The notes under the pieces: generated by a model
The model's database searches: none
Seen by the model: the letters and a program-made list of their open reading frames with translations, nothing else
What the model was told of the DNA's origin: nothing
Part shown: piece by piece, positions 25,401-33,807 of the stretch
Layout: each line of letters begins with the position of its first letter
Numbering within the stretch: the stretch's first letter is position 1
Position numbers and translations under genes: made by a program
NCBI GenBank assembly: GCA_965204875.1
Contig: OZ242020.1
Location: 2,091,729-2,155,728, forward strand
Direction of reading: 5' to 3'
Source of the DNA: Candidatus Aldehydirespirator sp.
Lineage (GTDB): Bacteria > Actinomycetota > Acidimicrobiia > Acidimicrobiales > Aldehydirespiratoraceae
Length of the DNA stretch: 64,000 bases

Positions 25401-26122
25401 GCTTGCGTGACGACCACGGGCTGTCGCCGTCGCAGGCGCGGCGCCAGGAGGCGACACAGCTGCCCGAGGGCCTAGACGCCGCCGCGCGGGTGGATCAGCT
25501 GTGCGCGGAGCTGGAGTTGATGGGCCCGGTCAACCCGCTGGCGCTGGCCGAGTTCGACGAGCTGACCGAGCGCCACGACCTGCTGCGCGGCCAGCTGGAG
25601 GACGTTCGCGCCGCCAGGCGGGACCTGAACCGCGTGATCCGCTCGATCAACGGCGAGATCCGCTCGGTGCTCTCGGCGGCCCTCGTCGATGTGGCGTCCA
25701 ACTTCGAGCTGCTGTTCGAGGCTCTGTTCCCCGGCGGCGAGGGCCGGCTGACGCTGACCGACCCGGAGGACCTTCTCAACACGGGCATAGAGGTCTCGGC
25801 CAAGCCGTCGGGCAAGAACGTCAAGCGGCTGTCGCTGCTGTCGGGCGGCGAGCGGACGCTGGCCGCGCTGGCCTTCCTGTTCGCCGTGTTCCGCAGCAGG
25901 CCGTCGCCGTTCTACCTCCTGGACGAGGTGGAGGCGGCTCTCGACGATGTCAACCTGAACCGCTTTCTCAAGCTGGTGGACGAGTTCCGCGCCGATGCCC
26001 AGCTGCTCATCGTCACGCATCAGAAGCGCACCATGGAGGCTGCCGACTGCCTGCACGGCGTGTCCATGAAGCCCGGCGGCTCCTCGGTGGTCGTGTCCGA
26101 ACGCGTCTCCGAGGCCGCCTAG
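22475..26122 (+). CDS. smc: Chromosome segregation protein SMC
   Basis: In-frame GTG 22475 gives VHLKTLALKGFKSFAE...GPNGSGKSNVVDA (Walker A). Long coiled coils, a hinge, and the C-terminal LSGGERTLAALAFLFA / FYLLDEVEAALD motifs. The track ORF starts at 22433. Confidence 0.95.
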   Translation: MHLKTLALKGFKSFAEPSSIHLEPGVTAVVGPNGSGKSNVVDAVAWVLGAQAPSSVRSARMEDVIFAGTDRKQALGRAEVSLTIDNSDGALPVALSEVRITRTLFRGGESSYQMNGSPCRLLDIVELLSDTGVGRLQHTIVSQSQIDSVLNARPEERREVIEEAAGTLKYRKRRERAERRLAATDGDLVRIGDLVREVRRQLRPLQRQAEAARRHAGLVDELRTLRIELAAQEIDGLRGQLREHRERAEARAEMQGALRRELQELNGSAARSEQRLAGHGVQDWSEQLARTEGLRARAGGLAAVVGERLRSIERERAALVDNDLVASLSAEVEHCRQEIDAVSASQAEQVQAGRSLEALRVALEADRSDFRARWGAWDEESSLPGLRAAEAAEARGERAALASAVDSYESELARLGERLDAASARLASLQQSADLRRRELGRFRSEAQPLRAAVAAARSAQAVASGRHEAAAERLAGIEADLRHWTSRREALCMAAEARDPPVPDAAGAPGVLGALSSLVEIKRGSEAAFAAAVEDAASAVVVRDAAAARRLLASLEASDAATAVIVLEGVAPAESDTLLPLDAMPRSQLEGVAPAEDDAPRHGSGAATGGPTRPGDRSRSAGDAGSTTSGAATTGSTPLRGRVRSPDPDVERLLDSLLAGVVVVDAGWRDAVGLAVSDPGLVIVTVAGDRFSRRGWRLGVPAAAGVRAALIEADERACAAEAARDGAAAELEQARGALSEHQAHLEALGERLAGAERGADTAAEALERAEADRRDLDMASGAVRDHLAETAQRLERSRRRLGEIDARLPELEAAEASDRARAQQAAQARAEIDRRSADLTARASAQSMRDTGLAQHRELLERRLAEVAGRLARHEAASAATEDRLAGLERRRVILEGLSDALAARTVVLDAALERLRTLRRRHSEQARLLVAQLDDLRRRCAATEARLEELRAAASVDDVEEARLRTLLQGVVERLRDDHGLSPSQARRQEATQLPEGLDAAARVDQLCAELELMGPVNPLALAEFDELTERHDLLRGQLEDVRAARRDLNRVIRSINGEIRSVLSAALVDVASNFELLFEALFPGGEGRLTLTDPEDLLNTGIEVSAKPSGKNVKRLSLLSGGERTLAALAFLFAVFRSRPSPFYLLDEVEAALDDVNLNRFLKLVDEFRADAQLLIVTHQKRTMEAADCLHGVSMKPGGSSVVVSERVSEAA
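24176..24265 (+). repeat. In-frame 66-bp-period duplication in the smc hinge region
   Basis: CTCGAGGGGGTCGCGCCCGCCGAG occurs at 24176-24199 and 24242-24265 (LEGVAPAE twice). The 42 bp between the copies is visibly less GC-rich (agtgacaccctgttgccactagatgccatgcccagaagtcaa). Confidence 0.85.
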
Positions 26123-26200
26123 CAGCGGGTGTGACCCGTAGCTTCGCTCTCATACTTCTCTAGCCTCAGAAGTGCTAGACGTTCCAGCGTCTGTCGAGCC

Positions 26201-27637
26201 ATGACTGTTCCCGGATCCTTCCCCAACAGCGACCGTGACGGCGGCGGACCCGTCGAGTCCGCCGCCCCGCCGCCGAGTGCGGTCCTGCGGCCCGCCGAGA
26301 ACCGGCTCGTCACCGAGTCCGCCGATGCGCGGTCGAACCGTCCCGGGCGCAGTCCCGCTGCCGGCGGCCGCAAGCGCTACCGCAGGCGGGTCGCGGCGGC
26401 TGCGGCCATCGCCTTGGCAGCGGTGGTCGCGGGCTACGCAGCAGGGCTGGCGAACTCCGCCGACTCGACCGGTGCGAGCCCTGGGCCGGGGCTGCGGCTG
26501 CTGGAACCCGGCTCAGACGGCGACGGCCTGAGCGCGGCCCGCTCCGAGACGGCCTCCGGCGGCGCCGGCGGGCTGCCTGGCGGCGAGGAGGGCGAGGAGG
26601 AGGAGGCGTCGCTGCAGCCTTCGGGCATCGCAACCGATGCGCCCTCGGGCGCGGGCGAGCCGCAGCGCGATCCGAACGCGTCCGACCGAACCGGCTCAGC
26701 CGACCCGTCCGACCCCCCGGGCCCGATCGCGCCCTCCGCGGGCGAGGTCGATCCGGTGGTGGCCGTGGCGGAGATACTGGCCCCCTCGGTGGTGCGGATC
26801 GAGGTCGGTTCCGGGTTCAGCCAGGGTGTCGGCTCCGGCATCGCCTGGGACGCCGAGAACGGCTACATCGTCACCAACCACCACGTTGTCGAGGGGGTCG
26901 AGCAGGTCACCGTGTGGCTGGCCGACGGCACCCGCGTGGACGGCGAGGTGGTCGGCGGGTCGCCGGCGCACGACGTCGCCGTCGTCCGGGTCGATCCCAG
27001 CGAGGCGAAGCTGGTGGCCGCCACCTTCGCCGGTGGCTCCTCGGTTCGCATCGGGCAGCTCGCCGTGGCCATCGGCAGCCCGTTCGGCCTCACGGGCACG
27101 GTCACCGCCGGGATCGTCAGCGCGGTGCGCATCCAGGTCGTCACCAGGATGGACCCCGACAACCCGGTGCCGATGGAGATGATCCAGACCGACGCCGCCA
27201 TCAACAGCGGCAACTCGGGGGGCGCCCTGGCCGACTCCCAGGGCCGGGTGATCGGCATGAACACCTACATCCAGACCACCTCCGGCGGCAACATAGGCCT
27301 CGGCTTCGCGGTTCCCAGCGACACCGTCGAGCTGATCGCCGCCCGGGTCATCAACGGCGAGTCGCTGGAGCTCGGCTACGTCGGCATCTCCAGCACCGCA
27401 GGCGATACCGACGTCCAGGGTGTCCTGGTGGCCGAGGTGGTGGAGGGCTCGCCGGCCGCCGAGGCGGGCCTGGAGGCGGGCGACGTGATCCTCTCCCTCG
27501 ACGGCAGGCCGATACAGGACATGGCCGAGCTGTCCGCGGCGGTGAAGCTGCGCATGCCCGGCGAGGCGGTCGAGCTGACCATGAGGCGCGGCGAGGACAC
27601 CTACGTCGCCACCGTGGTGCTCGGCACCTGGGAGTAG
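26201..27637 (+). CDS. HtrA/DegP-family trypsin-like serine protease with a PDZ domain
   Basis: 478-aa ORF. TM anchor (AAAAAIALAAVVAGYAAGL). Catalytic contexts TNHHVV, HDVAVVRV and GNSGGAL. C-terminal PDZ (GVLVAEVVEGSPAAEAGLEAGDVILSLDG). Confidence 0.9.
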   Translation: MTVPGSFPNSDRDGGGPVESAAPPPSAVLRPAENRLVTESADARSNRPGRSPAAGGRKRYRRRVAAAAAIALAAVVAGYAAGLANSADSTGASPGPGLRLLEPGSDGDGLSAARSETASGGAGGLPGGEEGEEEEASLQPSGIATDAPSGAGEPQRDPNASDRTGSADPSDPPGPIAPSAGEVDPVVAVAEILAPSVVRIEVGSGFSQGVGSGIAWDAENGYIVTNHHVVEGVEQVTVWLADGTRVDGEVVGGSPAHDVAVVRVDPSEAKLVAATFAGGSSVRIGQLAVAIGSPFGLTGTVTAGIVSAVRIQVVTRMDPDNPVPMEMIQTDAAINSGNSGGALADSQGRVIGMNTYIQTTSGGNIGLGFAVPSDTVELIAARVINGESLELGYVGISSTAGDTDVQGVLVAEVVEGSPAAEAGLEAGDVILSLDGRPIQDMAELSAAVKLRMPGEAVELTMRRGEDTYVATVVLGTWE

Positions 27638-27798
27638 CAGGGCTCGCCCGTCTCAGCGGTGCGCCGAGCCGGCCATGGTGCACGGCGAGCGGCACGCCGG
27701 GCCGGCTCTGGACCCGCACCCCCTCAGCCGCTCGGCACGTTGGGAGTGGCCGAAACCGCACCGGCTCGGCGGCCTTCCAACGGTAGGATCGCCGCCCG

Positions 27799-28959
27799 AT
27801 GTCGTCGCTACTCGTGGTTGCGGTCCTGCTGGTGCTGGCCGCGGCGGCGGTCGTGGCGGTGCTGCTGTATCTCAGGCGGCGGCGCCGGCCGGGCGCCTCC
27901 GGCAGCGCGGCGCGCTCGACGCAGCTCGTGGCCGACCGGGTCGTCGACCGCGTGGCGCAGCGCGCCCCCGAAGCCGAGTCCGAGCGTGCCTCAGAGCCAA
28001 GGCCCGAGCCCGCTCCGGCCCCGGCGCCCGGCGAGACCGTCGCAGCATCCGCCGAAGCTGCGCGCCCGTCGCTGCGCGACCGGCTGGGCAAGGCGCGCGC
28101 CGCATTGGCCGGCTCGCTGGCCTCCGTGCTGGATCGATCGTCGATCTCCGACGACGCCTGGGACACCGTCACCGAGGCGCTGATCCGCGCCGATGTCGGC
28201 CTGGACGCCAGCACTCGGATCGTGGCGGCCGCGAAGCAGCGGGTCGCGGCCGCCGGCGGGCCGCTGCAGGTCTCCGAGGCGCTGCGGGCCGAGTTGCTGC
28301 AGCGCTTAGGCGGCCATGATCGTTCCCTGGCGCGGCGCGACGACGGGGGCGGGCCGTCGGTGTGGCTGTTCGTCGGCGTCAACGGCACGGGCAAGACCAC
28401 GACCATCGGCAAGCTGGCGCAGCGCGAGGCCTCCGGCGGGGCGCGCGTGGTGCTGGCGGCGGGCGACACTTTCCGCGCCGCGGCCGCGGACCAGCTCGAG
28501 ACCTGGGCCGAGCGGTCGGGCTCGCACATCGTGCGGGGCGCCGCCGGCGCGGATCCGGCGTCGGTCGTCTACGACGCCATCGAGTCCGCCTCGGCGCGCG
28601 GCGCCGACCTGGTGCTGGCCGACACGGCCGGGCGGCTCCACACCGAGCGGAACCTCATGTCGGAGCTGGCGAAGGTGCGGCGGGTCGCCGACAAGGGCGC
28701 CGGCGTGGTCACCGAGACGCTGCTGGTGCTCGACGCCACCAGCGGCCAGAACGGCCTGGCGCAGGTGCGGCAGTTCGCCGAGGCCGCCGACATCACCGGG
28801 GTGGTGCTCACCAAGCTGGACGGCTCGGCCAAAGGCGGGATCGTGGTGGCGGCCCAGACGGAGTTGGGGGTGCCGGTGAAGCTCGTCGGCGTGGGCGAGG
28901 GCATAGCCGATCTCGTGACCTTCGACGAGACCGAGTTCATCGATGCGCTCTTCAACTGA
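27799..28959 (+). CDS. ftsY: Signal recognition particle receptor FtsY
   Basis: 386-aa ORF. N-terminal TM helix. NG domain with GVNGTGKTTTIGKLA, DTAGRLH and LTKLDGSAKGG. Confidence 0.95.
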   Translation: MSSLLVVAVLLVLAAAAVVAVLLYLRRRRRPGASGSAARSTQLVADRVVDRVAQRAPEAESERASEPRPEPAPAPAPGETVAASAEAARPSLRDRLGKARAALAGSLASVLDRSSISDDAWDTVTEALIRADVGLDASTRIVAAAKQRVAAAGGPLQVSEALRAELLQRLGGHDRSLARRDDGGGPSVWLFVGVNGTGKTTTIGKLAQREASGGARVVLAAGDTFRAAAADQLETWAERSGSHIVRGAAGADPASVVYDAIESASARGADLVLADTAGRLHTERNLMSELAKVRRVADKGAGVVTETLLVLDATSGQNGLAQVRQFAEAADITGVVLTKLDGSAKGGIVVAAQTELGVPVKLVGVGEGIADLVTFDETEFIDALFN

Positions 28960-29095
28960 GGCCGGGCCGATGTTTGACACGCCGAGCAGCCGCCTAGGCC
29001 GAGTCGATGTTCGATACGTTGACCTGTCACCAGGCCGAGCCCATGTTCGACACGCCGAGCAGCCTCTGAGGCCGGGCTGATGTTCGACACGCTTA
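28958..29095 (+). repeat. Four tandem copies (36-37 bp; 73-bp super-period) of the ffh ribosome-binding/start region
   Basis: GGCCG(G/A)G(C/T)(C/T)(G/A)ATGTT(T/C)GA(C/T)ACG recurs with ATGs at 28970, 29007, 29043 and 29080 (the true ffh start). Copies 1 and 3 also share ACGCCGAGCAGCC. Confidence 0.9.
28970..29080 (+). other. Candidate 36-codon leader ORF, starting MFDT like Ffh and ending in TGATG overlap with the ffh start
   Basis: ATG 28970 reads MFDTPSSRLGRVDVRYVDLSPGRAHVRHAEQPLRPG and stops at TGA 29078-29080, sharing one nt with ATG 29080. Whether it is translated is unknown. Confidence 0.3.
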
Positions 29096-30555
29096 CCGGT
29101 CGCTTCGAGGCCGTCTTCTCGAAGTTGCGCGGCCGCGGCAGGCTTTCGGCCTCCGACGTCGACGCCGCGCTGGGCGAGATCCGGGCGGCTCTGCTCGAGG
29201 CCGACGTCAACCTGGACGTGGTCGCGAGCCTCACGGCGCGCATCCGCGCCCGGGCCGTGGACGAGGAGCTCTCGCGGGCGCTCAACCCGGCCCAGCAGGT
29301 GGTCAAGATCGTGCTCTCGGAGCTGACCGCCAGCCTCGGCGGCGAGCGCTTGGTGATCACCTACGCACCCAAGCCGCCGACGGTCGTGCTGCTCGCCGGC
29401 TTGCAGGGCTCGGGCAAGACCACCAACGCCGCCAAGCTGGCCCGGTGGTTCCAGCGCCAGGGCCGCAACCCGCTGCTGGTCGGCGCCGACCTGCAGCGCC
29501 CCGCGGCCGTGGAGCAGCTGCGCACTCTCGGCGGTCGTATCGGGGTGCCGGTGTTCAGCGAGCCGACCGACCCCGTGCGCGTGGCGGCGGCGGCGCTGGC
29601 TGAGGCGTCGCGCACTGGGCGTGACGTGGTGATCGTCGACACCGCGGGCCGCCTGGCCGTGGACGCCGAGATGATGCAGCAGGCTCGGCTGATATCCGGG
29701 GCGGTGCGGCCGCACCTCACCTTCCTGGTCGTGGACGCCATGACGGGCCAGGACGCGGCGAGCACGGCCAAGACCTTCCACGACGCGCTGGCGCTCGACG
29801 GCGTGATCCTCACGAAGCTCGACGGCGACGCCCGCGGCGGCGCGGCGCTGTCGGTGAGCGAGGTCGTGGGCCGGCCTATCGCCTTCGCTTCGACCGGGGA
29901 GAAGGTCGAGGACTTCGAGCCGTTCCATCCCGACCGCCTCGCCAGCCGGATCCTGGGCATGGGCGACGTGGAGACGCTCATCGACAAGGCCGAATCGGCG
30001 TTCGAGGCCGACGAGGACGAGCAGGCGGCGTCGCGCCTGCTGGAGGGAACCTTCACCTTCGACGACTTCCTTTCCACGATGCAGCAGGTGCTCAAGATGG
30101 GCAATCTCGGCAGCCTGCTCGGCATGATGCCCGGCGTGCCGCGCGAGCTGCGGAACGCGCAGATCGACGACTCCCGCATAGGCCGGATCACCGGGATGGT
30201 CCACTCGATGACGCCCGCGGAGCGCGTCAGTCCCGACATCATCGACGCCTCACGCCGCCAGCGCATCGCGGCCGGCGCCGGCTGCAATCCCGCGGAGGTC
30301 AAGGCGTTGGTCGAGCAGTTCAAGCAGATGCGAACCGTGATGAAGGGGCTCGGCGGCGCCGGTGCCAAGAAGCGGCCGGGGTCGTCGCGGGGCCGCTCAG
30401 CGGCGGCTGCCGGGCGCGGCTCGCGGTCCCGCGGGAGGAAGGCGGCGTCGCAGCGCAGCGGGGGCCGCACCACCCCCAAGGGCCCCCAAGCCGCACCCAA
30501 GGTGCCGCTCACCCTTCCAGGGTTGGAAAAGGGTGACTGGCCCGGGTTGAATTGA
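29080..30555 (+). CDS. ffh: Signal recognition particle protein Ffh
   Basis: 491-aa ORF. MFDTLTGRFEAVFSKLRG N-terminus. GLQGSGKTTNAAKLA, DTAGRL, LTKLDGDARGGAALS. Met-rich M domain and a basic tail. Confidence 0.97.
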   Translation: MFDTLTGRFEAVFSKLRGRGRLSASDVDAALGEIRAALLEADVNLDVVASLTARIRARAVDEELSRALNPAQQVVKIVLSELTASLGGERLVITYAPKPPTVVLLAGLQGSGKTTNAAKLARWFQRQGRNPLLVGADLQRPAAVEQLRTLGGRIGVPVFSEPTDPVRVAAAALAEASRTGRDVVIVDTAGRLAVDAEMMQQARLISGAVRPHLTFLVVDAMTGQDAASTAKTFHDALALDGVILTKLDGDARGGAALSVSEVVGRPIAFASTGEKVEDFEPFHPDRLASRILGMGDVETLIDKAESAFEADEDEQAASRLLEGTFTFDDFLSTMQQVLKMGNLGSLLGMMPGVPRELRNAQIDDSRIGRITGMVHSMTPAERVSPDIIDASRRQRIAAGAGCNPAEVKALVEQFKQMRTVMKGLGGAGAKKRPGSSRGRSAAAAGRGSRSRGRKAASQRSGGRTTPKGPQAAPKVPLTLPGLEKGDWPGLN

Positions 30556-30593
30556 ACGTTCACCCTGTCGCCTAACGGATCCGAGGACACAAC

Positions 30594-31037
30594 GTGGCAG
30601 TCAGACTGCGCCTAGTTCGGATGGGCAAGAAGAAGCAGCCCACCTACCGGGTGGTGGCGGCCGATTCCCGCTCACCTCGGGACGGGCGCTTCCTTGAGAT
30701 CATCGGTTTCTACGAGCCGCGCCAGGATCCGTCCGTTGTGAGGATCGACAACGAGCGGGCGCTGCACTGGCTGCGCCACGGCGCCCAGCCCACCGAGAGG
30801 GTGGAGAAGCTCCTGCGGATCAGCGGCGCATGGGACACTTTCACCACAGGCGCCACGGCGCCTGCCGCGGTGCCTGCGGCTGGGATGCCCGCCGCCGCTA
30901 CACCGACGCCTGCGGCCGCTGCTCCTGTTGCCCCTGCCGCCGCTGCTGTTCCAGTACCGGCCGCCGCGTCTGCGGTGCCCGCTGCCGCGAACTCCGGTGA
31001 TGGCGAGAGCAACGGCGATCCGGCATCAGTGGGATGA
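30594..31037 (+). CDS. rpsP: 30S ribosomal protein S16 with an Ala/Pro-rich C-terminal extension
   Basis: VAVRLRLVRMGKKKQPTYRVVAADSRSPRDGRFLEIIGFYEPR is canonical S16. It is followed by about 60 aa of an A/P-rich tail. Confidence 0.95.
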   Translation: MAVRLRLVRMGKKKQPTYRVVAADSRSPRDGRFLEIIGFYEPRQDPSVVRIDNERALHWLRHGAQPTERVEKLLRISGAWDTFTTGATAPAAVPAAGMPAAATPTPAAAAPVAPAAAAVPVPAAASAVPAAANSGDGESNGDPASVG

Positions 31038-31070
31038 GTTGTCCGGCGAGTGATCTGGGGGTGATCCGGC

Positions 31071-31361
31071 ATGAGTGGCACGGGCCAATCCTGCATGAGT
31101 GATCCGGCGAGCGATCTGGCACCCGTCGCGCTGGACGTGTGCCAGTTCGTGGTTTCGAGCATCGTTGACGACTCCGAGGCCGTGCGGGTCACCGCGACCT
31201 CCATCAACGACGACACGGTGCGCCTCGACGTCCGGGTCGCGCCGGGCGAGATGGGCCGGGTGATCGGCAAGCGGGGCCGGGTGGCCAAGGCCATCCGAAC
31301 GCTCGTGCGGGCCGCCGGGTCGCGCGACGATGTGGATGTCGAGGTCGAGTTCGTCGACTGA
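31071..31361 (+). CDS. KH-domain RNA-binding protein (YlqC-like)
   Basis: GRVIGKRGRVAKAIRTLV (GxxG KH motif). Conserved position between rpsP and rimM. The start could be ATG 31071 or ATG 31095. Confidence 0.8.
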   Translation: MSGTGQSCMSDPASDLAPVALDVCQFVVSSIVDDSEAVRVTATSINDDTVRLDVRVAPGEMGRVIGKRGRVAKAIRTLVRAAGSRDDVDVEVEFVD

Positions 31362-31860
31362 CGGCTGCGAGTCGCACCATCCCGCCGGCGCGGGCCTGCT
31401 CGAGGTGGGCCGTGTGGGACGGCCCCACGGACTCGGCGGTGAGGTTGCTGTAACGCTCGTGTCGAACCGGCCCGAGCGCCTGGCACCGGGTTCTGAGCTG
31501 CACACCGAGGCCGGGACGCTGCGCGTGGTCTCGTCGAGGCCCCATCAGCGGCGCTACCTGGTCACGTTCTCCGGTGTCAGCGACCGGGCCGGGGCGGAGG
31601 CCCTGCGCGGTGCCGTCCTTCGTGGCGCCCCGATCCAGGATCCCGGCGAGATGTGGGTCCACGAGCTGATCGGTGCCGCTGTGGTCGATCAGCTAGGCAT
31701 CGACCGCGGGCTGGTCGCCGGCGTGCTGGCGAACCCCGGCGGCGATCTGCTCGAGCTGGCGGGCGGCGCTCTGGTCCCCGTGCGCTTCGTGGTGCGCTGG
31801 CTGCCTCGCGAGCTGGTGGAGGTCGAGGTTCCCGCCGGGCTGTTCGAGGCGACCGGGTGA
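31330..31860 (+). CDS. rimM: 16S rRNA processing protein RimM
   Basis: LEVGRVGRPHGLGGEVAV (RimM N-terminal motif) plus a PRC-barrel C-terminus. The true start may be GTG 31405 rather than ATG 31330. Confidence 0.85.
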   Translation: MWMSRSSSSTDGCESHHPAGAGLLEVGRVGRPHGLGGEVAVTLVSNRPERLAPGSELHTEAGTLRVVSSRPHQRRYLVTFSGVSDRAGAEALRGAVLRGAPIQDPGEMWVHELIGAAVVDQLGIDRGLVAGVLANPGGDLLELAGGALVPVRFVVRWLPRELVEVEVPAGLFEATG

Positions 31861-31876
31861 TGCGGGGGGCGGGACC

Positions 31877-32749
31877 GTGAGCTTCAGGATCGACATCTTC
31901 ACGATCTTCCCCGAGATGGTGCAGACCGCGGCCGGCGCGTCGGTCATCGGGCGCGCCCGCGCCGGCGGTGCCCTCGACGTCCGCGTGCATGATCTGCGGA
32001 TGGCTGCGCCGGATCGGCACCGCAGCGTGGACGACGCGCCCTTCGGCGGGGGAGCGGGGATGGTGATGATGCCCCAGCCCATCTTCGATGCGGTGGAGCA
32101 GATCGAGCCCCAGCGACCCCTGTACCTGCTGTCGCCGGCGGGGCAGCGGTTCGACCAGGCCATGGCCTGCGAGTTGGCCCGCGGCGAGGGGTTCTCGATG
32201 CTGTGCGGTCGCTACGAGGGCGTGGACGAGCGGGTCTGCGAACACTTGGTGGACGGCGAGTTGTCCGTCGGCGACGTGGTGCTGGCCGGCGGCGAGGTGG
32301 CCGCGCTGCTCGTTCTTGAGGCGGTGGGCCGGTGCGTGCCCGGCGTGCTCGGCAACGAGGCGTCGGCGGCCGAGGAGTCCTTCGCGGGCGGGCTGCTGGA
32401 GTTCCCGCAATACACCCGCCCCGCGGAATACCGTGGCTGGGCGGTGCCCGAGGTGCTGCGCTCCGGCGACCATGGCCGGGTGGCGCGCTGGCGGCTCGCC
32501 CAGTCGCTGGCCCGCACCGCGGCCCGCCGCCCCGACCTGATCGCCAAGCGCGGCGGTCTCAGCGACGGCGAGCGGGAGCTGCTTGCCGAGCACGGTCTCG
32601 GCGACGGCGAGCGGGAGCACCCCGGCCACAGCGTCAGCGACGGCGAGCGGAAGCTGCTTGCCGAGCACGGTCTCAGCGACGGTGGGGGGCGTGTCGCCCT
32701 CGGCCTAGACTCGCCCGCCGGCCCAGCCGGTACGATCGATCCGGCCTGA
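31877..32749 (+). CDS. trmD: tRNA (guanine37-N1)-methyltransferase TrmD with a repeat-containing C-terminal extension
   Basis: [15 protein letters not shown]-terminus, [29 protein letters not shown]. The C-terminal roughly 60 aa are extra and contain the 75-bp-period repeat. Confidence 0.95.
   Translation: MSFRIDIFTIFPEMVQTAAGASVIGRARAGGALDVRVHDLRMAAPDRHRSVDDAPFGGGAGMVMMPQPIFDAVEQIEPQRPLYLLSPAGQRFDQAMACELARGEGFSMLCGRYEGVDERVCEHLVDGELSVGDVVLAGGEVAALLVLEAVGRCVPGVLGNEASAAEESFAGGLLEFPQYTRPAEYRGWAVPEVLRSGDHGRVARWRLAQSLARTAARRPDLIAKRGGLSDGERELLAEHGLGDGEREHPGHSVSDGERKLLAEHGLSDGGGRVALGLDSPAGPAGTIDPA
32559..32674 (+). repeat. 41-bp direct repeat with 75-bp period inside the trmD 3' extension
   Basis: TCAGCGACGGCGAGCGG(G/A)AGCTGCTTGCCGAGCACGGTCTC occurs at 32559-32599 and 32634-32674 ([13 protein letters not shown] / [13 protein letters not shown]). 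Confidence 0.9.
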
Positions 32750-32849
32750 TCGACTTGGCCGGGTCGGTCTTTGGCCCGCGATCCAGCCGGACGTGGCTGG
32801 TCGGCACGCAAAGGCTCTCGACAGACTCGTGACAGCAGCGGAGGCAGCG

Positions 32850-33197
32850 ATGAACCCCACCGACCTGGTCGACGTGCAGAGCCTTCGTGACGACATCCCC
32901 CGATTCGCACCCGGTGACACCGTGCGGGTGCATGTGCGCGTGGTCGAGGGCAACCGCGCCCGTATCCAGGTGTTCGAGGGAGTGGTGATCCGCCGGCAGG
33001 GAAGCGGCGTGCGTGAGACTTTCACCGTCCGCAAGGTGAGCTTCGGGGTTGGCGTGGAGCGCACGTTCCCGGTTCATGCCCCGGTCGTGGATCGCATCGA
33101 GAGGGTCACGCAGGGCGACGTGCGCCGGGCCAAGCTCTACTACCTGCGCGACCGGGTGGGCAAGGCCGCAAAGGTCAAAGTGAAGCGCTATCGCTGA
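32850..33197 (+). CDS. rplS: 50S ribosomal protein L19
   Basis: ATG 32850 gives [47 protein letters not shown], canonical L19. The track ORF starts earlier, at 32793. Confidence 0.95.
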   Translation: MNPTDLVDVQSLRDDIPRFAPGDTVRVHVRVVEGNRARIQVFEGVVIRRQGSGVRETFTVRKVSFGVGVERTFPVHAPVVDRIERVTQGDVRRAKLYYLRDRVGKAAKVKVKRYR

Positions 33198-33362
33198 GCG
33201 CCCCGCAGGGCGTGACCGGCCCGCGCAGACCGGCGACCTGTCATCCGACGATCACAAGACCCCGCGGAGCGTGACCGGCCCGCGCACGAGCCGGTCGGCA
33301 CTCCGGCTCAGCGGCCGGTCGACAGGTCGAGGCAGGCTCGGGGGGTCTGGGGCGAGCGCAGG

Positions 33363-33659
33363 GTGGCTCGCTGGTACCGCGATGCCGGCTACGAGGTGCT
33401 CGACCAGAACTGGCGCGGCAGGTCCGGCGAGCTCGACCTGGTGCTGGCGAGAGGTGGCGAGATCGTCTTCTGCGAGGTCAAGTCACGCCGCTCCGAGCGC
33501 TTCGGCGCGGCCGCCGAGGCGGTGGACCGGCGCAAGCAGTTGCGGATCCGCTCCCTGGCCGCTCAATGGCTGGCCGCCCACGGTCGTGCCGGCCGTGTCC
33601 GCTTCGATGTCGCCACCGTCACCGGCACCCGCATCGAGGTGATCGAGTTCGCCTTCTAG
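33363..33659 (+). CDS. YraN/UPF0102 family endonuclease-like protein
   Basis: 98-aa ORF. WYRDAGYEVLDQNWRGRSGELDLVLARGGEIVFCEVKSR matches the YraN PD-(D/E)xK-like core (ELDLV...EVK). Confidence 0.8.
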   Translation: MARWYRDAGYEVLDQNWRGRSGELDLVLARGGEIVFCEVKSRRSERFGAAAEAVDRRKQLRIRSLAAQWLAAHGRAGRVRFDVATVTGTRIEVIEFAF

Positions 33660-33697
33660 CTGAGCTTCCAGCCAGGGTCGAGCGCTTCCAGCCGGGG

Positions 33698-33807
33698 TCG
33701 GGTGCTAGCCAGGGTTCCGCAGGCGTCTGGTCCACGCTGAGCCTCGTGCGGGTGCGGGTCGTCGCCTGGCTCGGGTGCTAGCCAGGGTTCCGCAGGCGTC
33801 TGGTCCA
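33698..33807. repeat. 37-bp direct repeat (73-bp period) duplicating the 3' end of the minus-strand zinc-ribbon gene
   Basis: TCGGGTGCTAGCCAGGGTTCCGCAGGCGTCTGGTCCA occurs at 33698-33734 and 33771-33807. The right copy contains the gene's stop and last codons (WTRRLRNPG*). Confidence 0.9.
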
